From: Octopus vulgaris
Lineage: Eukaryota
Assembly: GCA_951406725.2 (NCBI GenBank)
Contig: OX597839.1
Span: 18,104,001-18,168,000, forward strand
Direction of reading: 5' to 3'
Length of the DNA stretch: 64,000 bases
Shown here in pieces: positions 56,426 through 64,000 of this stretch. Each line of letters starts with the position of its first letter. Within the stretch, counting starts at the first letter, position 1. Made by a program: the position numbers and the translations under genes. The notes beneath the pieces are model-generated. The model searched no databases. It was given only the letters and a program-made list of their open reading frames with translations, and was not told where the DNA came from.

Positions 56426-56505
56426 GGCTCTGATGAAGCTATAAGGTGTTATTCAGGCACTCAACTACAAGTTCACTGTATCTTGAAGCAGAAACAACTT
56501 TAAGC
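56426..56505 (+). ncRNA. Degenerate hammerhead ribozyme-like motif
   Basis: gct-CTGATGA-a-gct...(long stem II)...agc-a-GAAA-caactt-TA-agc, inside a ~240-bp insert between TA/TG repeats. Confidence 0.45.
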
Positions 56506-57251
56506 TAATGGATTTCATATGATAATCTTTTATTTCTTTGTCATATCATTTTCTTATATGTATATGTATGCATGTATGCGTGTGTGTGTGTGTAGTGTTA
56601 CGAAGAGCATCCAGCCATAAAAACCCTGCCAAAACAGACAGTGAAGCCTAGTGCAGTTTTCTGCTTAGCCAGCCCCTGTCAAACTGTCCAACCCATGTCA
56701 GCATGAAAAACAGATGTTGAATAATGATGCTGATATTTATATATGCATGTATGTATGTACATATGTACACACACATATGACGGGTTGCTGAAAAGTTCTT
56801 GGCTGTGGGTAAAAGAAAATACAGGAGGATCAGTTAATTATGATTCTATTTAACATATTCCTCTTTCAGATTCACACACTTATTCCAGCGGTCCTTCGAT
56901 TTTCCTGATCCCTGTAAAGAACTCAAAAGGTTGTGCCTCCAACCTGGCCTTCTGCGACACTCTTAAAGCCTTGGAACTTTTCAGCATCCTCTCTTGTGTG
57001 TGTGTGTGTGTATAGTATACACACACACACACACACATACACACACACACATACATACACACACACATTTATATATATATACACACATATATAAATAGAT
57101 TGGTAGATAGACACACTGGATCAACCAGATTGTTATACACTGTATTTCTATGCACCGCTGCTTACAAAGCGCTTCCTGGTGTTGTCATAGCTGGCAAATA
57201 GTGCCACCCCTACTGGCTAGACAGGCAGGCCATATAAGGGGCGTGTGTGTG

Positions 57252-57439
<188 letters not shown>

Positions 57440-58416
57440 GTGTCTTTACTTGTTTCAGTCATTTGACTGTGGCCATACTGGAGCAGTGTCTTTAGTGGAA
57501 CAAATCAACCCTAGGACTTATTTTTGTAAGCCTAATACTTATTCTGTTGGGTTTTTTTTTTTGCTGTCACTCCTCAACCTGCTTTTTCTTCTACCTCTTT
57601 TTCGGCCATATTCTACCCCTTCATTCTCAATTCTTTCTGTCACCTCCCCCTCATTCCCCACTTCTACCCTTTCATTCTCCACCCTTTAGATTCCTGCCTC
57701 TGTCCACCATCTCAAGCCACCAACCCAATGGCGGGGTGTCCTCCTCCTCCTACCTTTCTCTTCCATTTCCCCATCCCATGCACACTTCTCCCTCCCACCA
57801 TCTCATACTTACCGCCTTCTCCTTTCGCTCCCCCATATTCCCTTCTCTTTCCAACACCTCATCCTCCACTTTCTTCCTTCTTTGGATTTTGCCTTCTTAA
57901 TATTCTCTCTCTTGCTGAAACCATTTTCTTCATTCAGTGCATGTTCTGTTATTGCTGTGGTTGTATTCCCTACCCCCACTAACTATCCCCCCACTTCTCT
58001 CTCTCTCTCTCACTCTCCCTCACACACACACACACACACACACATCCCTTCCTTGCAGATTTCTTTCCACTCATTTCTCCAGATACCAACCTTTATTCCT
58101 TTCACACATCCATTTACCATATCGATTGTTGTCATTTAGCCAGAGATCAACTCCTTGATCCCAAAGACCTCCTATCATTAAAAACATTCCATTTTATTTT
58201 TATGTTTTCTCAAACTAAATATTTTGGACTACATTAGCTCATGTCCTTTTTTTTTTAAGATAATGGCTGGGTGGTAAGTAACTTGCTTACCAACCACATG
58301 GTTCTAGGTTCAGTCCCACTGTGTGGCACCTTGGGCAAGTGTCTTTTACTATAGCCTCGGGCCAACCAAAGCCTTGTGAGTGAATTTGGTAGAGGGAATC
58401 TGAAAGAAGCCCATCG

Positions 58417-58449
<33 letters not shown>

Positions 58450-59616
58450 GTTTGTGTGTCTGTGTTTGTACCGGCCATATCCGGCCAAAAGTATTCTGCC
58501 TGTTTTATGTTCAAACTAGCCAGATCTGGTCTCTCACACCAACCCTACAATATCGTTACAAAGAATAAGTCCTGGGGTCAATTTGCTCGACTAAAGGCGA
58601 TGCTCCAGCTTGGCCACAGTCAAATGACTGAAGCATGTAAAAGAGTAAAAGAATAATAAGGTGTGATATTCTTTTATTCTTTTACTTGTTTCAGTCATTT
58701 GACTGTGGCCATGCTGGAGCACTGCCTTAAAAGGTTTTTATTTGAAGAAATCAATCCCAGGACTTATTCAAGACCTTTAAACATGTCACCTGCTTCTCTT
58801 CCTAGGCACATCGTTTCTCCATTGAGTTTCCAGTTAGGCATAAGTCCTTTTTTTCTAATAGCTTCTTTATTCCATCTGCTGCTCTTTGGAACTCTCTGCA
58901 ATCATCTTCTTTTCCTCTCAGCTATAAATATTCAGTCTTTTAAGCTTGCTATCAATCAATGTTGTTTGAATTTGTAGGCCCCTTCTTTCTCTTATTTGTA
59001 ATCCCTTACATTACAATGGCTTCAAGCCTTGTTTGGTACAAAATCGTATTGGTTTCAAATTTTGGTACAAAGCCAGCAAGCTCTGGGGAAGTGATAATTC
59101 TACATCAACCCCCCAGTGCTCAACTGGTACTTATTTTATGAACCCTGAAAGAATGAAAGGTAAAGACAACCTTGGCAGAATTTGAACTCAGAATATAGAG
59201 ACAGATAAAATGCTGCTGAGCATTTCGTACAGCATGCTAACAATTCTGCCAGCTCCCTGCCGTTTTGAGACAAAATCATATTAAAAGAAAAATGCATTAT
59301 CTCGTGGCTTTGATTTCATTCCATAGTGAAGGTTGTTTAAAGTTTAACACTCAAACTTGTTTTGTTTCAAAATAATTTCAAATTTTGGCACAAGGCCAGC
59401 AATTTCCAGTTCAGTTCCCAATTTAACATGTTCTGTTATTGCTATGGTTGTAATCCCCCCACACACACACACACATTTCTTTCTCTCTCTCTCTCACTCT
59501 CCCTCACACACACATCCCTTCCTTGCAGATTTCTTTCCACTCATTTCTCCAGATACCGACCCTTATTCCTTTCACACATCCATTTACCATATTGATTGTT
59601 GTTATATATTGATATG

Positions 59617-59906
59617 TGGAGGCACATGGCCTAGTGGTTAGAGCAGCGGACTTGCGGTCGAGGGATTGCAGGTTCGAATCTCAGACCGGGCAATGTGTGT
59701 GTTTATGAGCGAAAACACCTAAGTTCCACGCGGCTCCGGCAGAAGGTAATGGCGAACTTCTGCTGACTCTTTCACCACAACTTTCTCTCACTCTTTCCTC
59801 CTGCATCTTGCAGCTCACCTGCGACGGACCGGCGTCCCGTCCAAGTGGGGAACCTATACGCCAAGGAAACCGGGAAACCGGCCCTTATGAGCTCGAGAAG
59901 GAACAA
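59617..59906 (+). mobile_element. tRNA-derived SINE of another family; fragment also at 53632-53772
   Basis: A box tggcctagtggttag and B box ggttcgaatc followed by a non-tRNA body; no acceptor stem closes. Confidence 0.8.
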
Positions 59907-60205
59907 AATATATTGATATACTGGCACTTCGTCAGTTACAACAACGAGAGTTCCAGTTGATCCAATCAGCGGAACAGCCTGCTCATGAAATTAACGTGCA
60001 AGTGGCTGAGCACTCCACAGACACATGTACCCTTAACATAGTTCTCAGGAAGATTCAGCATAACACAGAATGTGACAAAGCAGGCCCTTTCAATTACAGG
60101 CATTATACATTATTACCAGCTTAGTGAACTGGAGCAACTTGAAATAAAGTGTCTTGCTCAAGAACACAACGCATCACGAGGAGTTAAACTCACAACCTTA
60201 CAATC

Positions 60206-60410
60206 AAGGAGAGGGGCTTTCTCCGTCTGGGTTGTGGATCCGTGCCGGACGAGATAGTGAAGATGCCGACGACCACTCGGTTCAAAGTCTCTCTTGACCA
60301 GAAATGGCCTGAACTCTTTGCATGAACACCCTCCCTGTACATAACTCCATGTCCCCCTACATGGCCATGCTTTTTACTTTTTGAGCCAAAAATTAACTTA
60401 ACTTAACTTA
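60206..60410 (+). mobile_element. CR1-clade LINE 3' end with (AACTT)n tail
   Basis: GAFSVWVVDP...PDEIVKMPTTTRFKVSLDQKW resembles the CR1 ORF2 end (FSxRVVxxWNxLP...FKxxLD). Confidence 0.7.
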
Positions 60411-61205
60411 TAAACTGAGTACCCTAACCTCTAAGCCACTTGCCTTCACTATACATATATATAACAAGCAGTATAAGGAGAATGTTGTGATCTCAGTTGT
60501 TTATACACCATGGAAACCAGATAATCAGCTTGAGTCCTAGGGCTTAAAACAGTAATAACACCCAGGTATTAATGATGATGATGATAGTTTGCTCTTCTTT
60601 ATTCGAAGACAGCGAGAGATAACTTGCAAGAAGTTTGGCTGCTATTTCTAGCAGTTTGAATGACTATGTAGAGGCTGGCTAAAATAACACTGCTTCCCAA
60701 ATGACTGCGTGTATAGCACTCATAATGCAGTCTCATGGGTGTTTATTGTTCGTGCAGATACACTCTTGCAGGGTGTTTATGTACTTGGCTCACACAAATG
60801 TATGCGAGTGTACATGTGAAAATTATATACATATATACACTTGCACAGAATAACATTTAATATATTGGCATGATTGATAAAGAAAAAAAGCTAGTCACAA
60901 TACATTAAATGTTAATGCATACTCACGTGTATATCTTTGTTTATATGTGTATATATATGTATGAATGTATGTATGCATTTATAAATATATATATAGATGT
61001 GTGTATATATAATCATTACCATCACATAACAGTGATTATATATACATAGCTATACATACATGCATATATGTGTGTGTGTGTATGTAAACATGCACAAATA
61101 TACAAACATATGTATGTATATATGTATATACCATCGTTAAACAATGGTGATGATTATATGTATGCACACGTGTGTGTGTGTGTATACATATAAATGTATA
61201 TGCAA

Positions 61206-61252
<47 letters not shown>

Positions 61253-61254
61253 TG

Positions 61255-61310
<56 letters not shown>

Positions 61311-61784
61311 TATGTATGCATATATATAGATACACATACACATGTGTGTGTGTGTTTGTGTTCATTGGTGTAGTTAGTTCCTTTAATGTTTATTGGTTGG
61401 TAAAAAAAAAGGAAAAAGCTTCACACAACAAAAGGCATTGATATTTCTGCAGCATCACATGCTTTTGAAGTCGGTTGGTGAGATTGGTGGGTTGGTGTTG
61501 AAGTTTATGGGCTGTGGTCGATGCTTGGAGGGTTGGGGTTGGACAAGTCGAGCAGTTCAAATACCACGCTGTCTTTGTCGCAAAGCCGTACAAGCTATTT
61601 ACTATGAAGATTAGCTCTAAGAACTCAAAGATATGCTCTCTGCACGGTTGCTTGTCTTGCTAGAAGAAAGCGACCGAAACAACCTCAGATCACACTTTAC
61701 TCAGAGCCCCAGAACTAGTTGGGAGAGCCTTTATAGTGCTACTTGAATTTCTAGAAATAAGTGCCAAATTTTCCTCAAATCAAC

Positions 61785-62325
61785 TTGGCACCTTGCGCAA
61801 GTGTCTTCTACTATAGCCTCGGGCCGACCAAAGCCTTGTGAGTGGATTTGGTAGATGGAAACTGAAAGAAGCCCGTCGTAGATTTGTTTATATATATATA
61901 TATAGTTAATCCAAACTTGAACAAAGAGAAAACACAACAATGCAAGGATGTGGAACAAGTATAGTGTTATTGGACACTCAGGAAAGGAAAGAAAGAAGGA
62001 GGATTTAATGTTTCGAGCGAAGCTTTTCATCAGAAACATAGAAAAAGGAAAAGTCCAAGGAAGGGAAGACGGAGAAAGAAAATTGCCAACGATACACACG
62101 CGGTCACATATTGAAATATATATGTGTGTTTGTGTCCCCCCCCCCCCAACATCACTTGACAACCGATGCTGGTGTGTTTACGTCCCTGTAACTTAGCAGT
62201 TTGGCCAAAGAGACCGATAGAATAAGTACTAGGCTTACTAAGAATAAGTCCTGGGGTCGATTTGCTCGACTAAAGGCGGTGCTCCAGCATGGCTGCAGTC
62301 AAATGACTGGAACAAGTAAAAGAGT
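61785..62325 (+). mobile_element. SINE family A with a ~210-bp insert (61903-62115) in its internal (TA)n
   Basis: SINE body stops at gcccgtcgta...(TA)n and resumes at tatatatgtgtgtttgtgtcccc. Confidence 0.85.
62003..62037 (-). ncRNA. Minimal hammerhead ribozyme motif
   Basis: Minus strand reads gttt-CTGATGA-a-aagc ttc gctc-GAAA-cat-TA-aat. Confidence 0.6.
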
Positions 62326-62432
62326 AATGTCACAAAGCAAGTTAGGGAGCTTGTATGTCCTTCTTCTGTTTACTAGAAGTAGCAAACCACATCCTACTAG
62401 GACTTATAACCTAGCTGAGGGGAGTCCCTGTA

Positions 62433-62783
62433 TCATTGTTTCTCAACCCTTTTTTACCTGTGGACCCTTTTGTTTCTTATTTTACTTTCAACGTTAAAAA
62501 GAAAATCCTATTATATTTTTATTATCAGATATTACTTTCAAATTCTGGTACAAGGCCAGCAATTTTGGGGGAGGGGTAAGTCAATTACATTGACCCTAGT
62601 GTTCAGCTGGTACTTATCTTATCAACCCTGAAAAGATGAGCGGCAAAATCGCCCTCAGCATAATTTGGACTCGGAACATTAAGTTGGATGAAACACCTGC
62701 TAAGCATTAATGTAGAAATATTAAGTAATTTATTGTACAAATTTTAACTACAAAATCTTATGGATCCTGGTTGAGAACCACTG
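62433..62783. mobile_element. hAT-type MITE with nested SINE
   Basis: cattgtttctcaacc ... ggttgagaaccactg. Confidence 0.6.
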
Positions 62784-62977
62784 TTCTATAGGGTTACTTG
62801 AATTTGTAGAAATAACAGCCAAATTTTTCCCCAGGAGTGGCTGTGTGCTAAGAAGCTTGCTTTCCGACCACATGGTTCTGGATTCACTCCCACTGCGTGG
62901 CACCATGGGAAAATGTCCTCAAGCCAACCAAAGCCTTGTAGTTGGATTTGGTAGACAGAAACTGAAACAGACCCATC

Positions 62978-63033
<56 letters not shown>

Positions 63034-63693
63034 ATGTATGTATATGTATATATATGTGTGTGTGTATATATACATGTATATATGCATATATACATGTATA
63101 TATATTTATATTCTGTCACAAAAGAGGTCCTTCCTCAATTTGCTAGAAATTGCAACCAAACCTTCAAAGGAGGCAGTTCCATGACATGCTAGCTAACCTG
63201 TAGCTAGGTCCCTGACAGGTGCTGCTACTCTATCTTGGAGTAGACATGGGAACAATAGTAGCTAAGAGGGGGTCCCACACTACTCCCAACCAAGGGCCCA
63301 CTACCAGACGCATTTTAAAGTCAAACAAATCCAGTATCCTGATAACTACTGGGTTTATGGTACTTATACCAGCTCTATACAAATCTGAAGGACTAGAGAG
63401 TGGGACCGGCCCTATGCAAACCACTCCCATTACAATAACACAGTGTAACGTCTTTGGTCAGTAAGTGTTATTTCCTATTTGCTTCTGTCTAGAAATGAAA
63501 GGAAATGACTACTATTCCCTTCAAACGTTGCTTTTGTGATCTGGACATCCATGTTTTGAAACTGACCTATTTCCCATTACATTAGAGACAGATTCAGTGC
63601 TGAGTTGCTGAAGCAGAAATATCATTATAGCAAATATTCTGCTCAATACTACAAATGTGCCTGACCATAACCAGTTGAATGTGTCCCTTAGTG

Positions 63694-63912
63694 CAGTGGT
63701 TTTCAACCAGGGTTCTGCGGAACCTTAGGGTTCCACCAGTACAATCCAGGGGTTCCGCAAGAAGTTACAAAACTGCTAAAATCGGCAGTAATTTTTAATT
63801 CTCCTGTGCAGATATGTGTGCATAAGACTATTAAATTATTGCACAGGGGTTCCTCGAGCCAGTGGAATGTTACCTTGGGGTTCCACTCCAGCAAAAAGTT
63901 TGAAAAGCACTG
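63694..63912. mobile_element. hAT-type MITE
   Basis: CAGTGGTTTTCAA ... TTGAAAAGCACTG with perfect 8-bp TSD ccttagtg. Confidence 0.88.
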
Positions 63913-64000
63913 CCTTAGTGACTGACAATATATGCATCTCTGATCATGAGCAGGAGTAGTGGGGGGTGGTGTTCTTTGAGGTTTGAAGAAATATAACAAA

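Noticed and set aside
59617-59690. tRNA gene
   Set aside because: A and B boxes are present, but there is no proper cloverleaf and it continues into a repeated SINE body.
61390-61614. Short ORFs in a unique-looking segment
   Set aside because: No splice sites, motif or homology that I can support.

Overview
AT-rich eukaryotic DNA dominated by repeats and microsatellites. The SINE and MITE repertoire looks like an octopus (coleoid cephalopod) genome; this is inferred from recalled repeat families, not from a search. Nearly all ORFs in the supplied track are microsatellite or SINE artefacts. Supported content: many copies of several tRNA-derived SINE families; fragments of RTE, CR1, RLE (HERO/R2-superfamily) and Penelope retroelements; MITEs of Merlin, mariner, pogo/Tigger, hAT and piggyBac type; a non-autonomous Helitron; a degraded 18S rRNA fragment; two minisatellites; and a CpG-rich zone (~21.7-29 kb) with a probable divergent pair of gene starts (minus-strand exon near 22.9 kb, plus-strand coding exon of an unrecognised protein at 26.6-26.8 kb). 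The most interesting signals are (i) a set of minimal hammerhead-ribozyme motifs in short non-coding elements, several embedded in (TA)n tracts, and (ii) a nest of three inverted-repeat elements (21283-22646) next to the putative promoter. All alignments and folds were done by eye.
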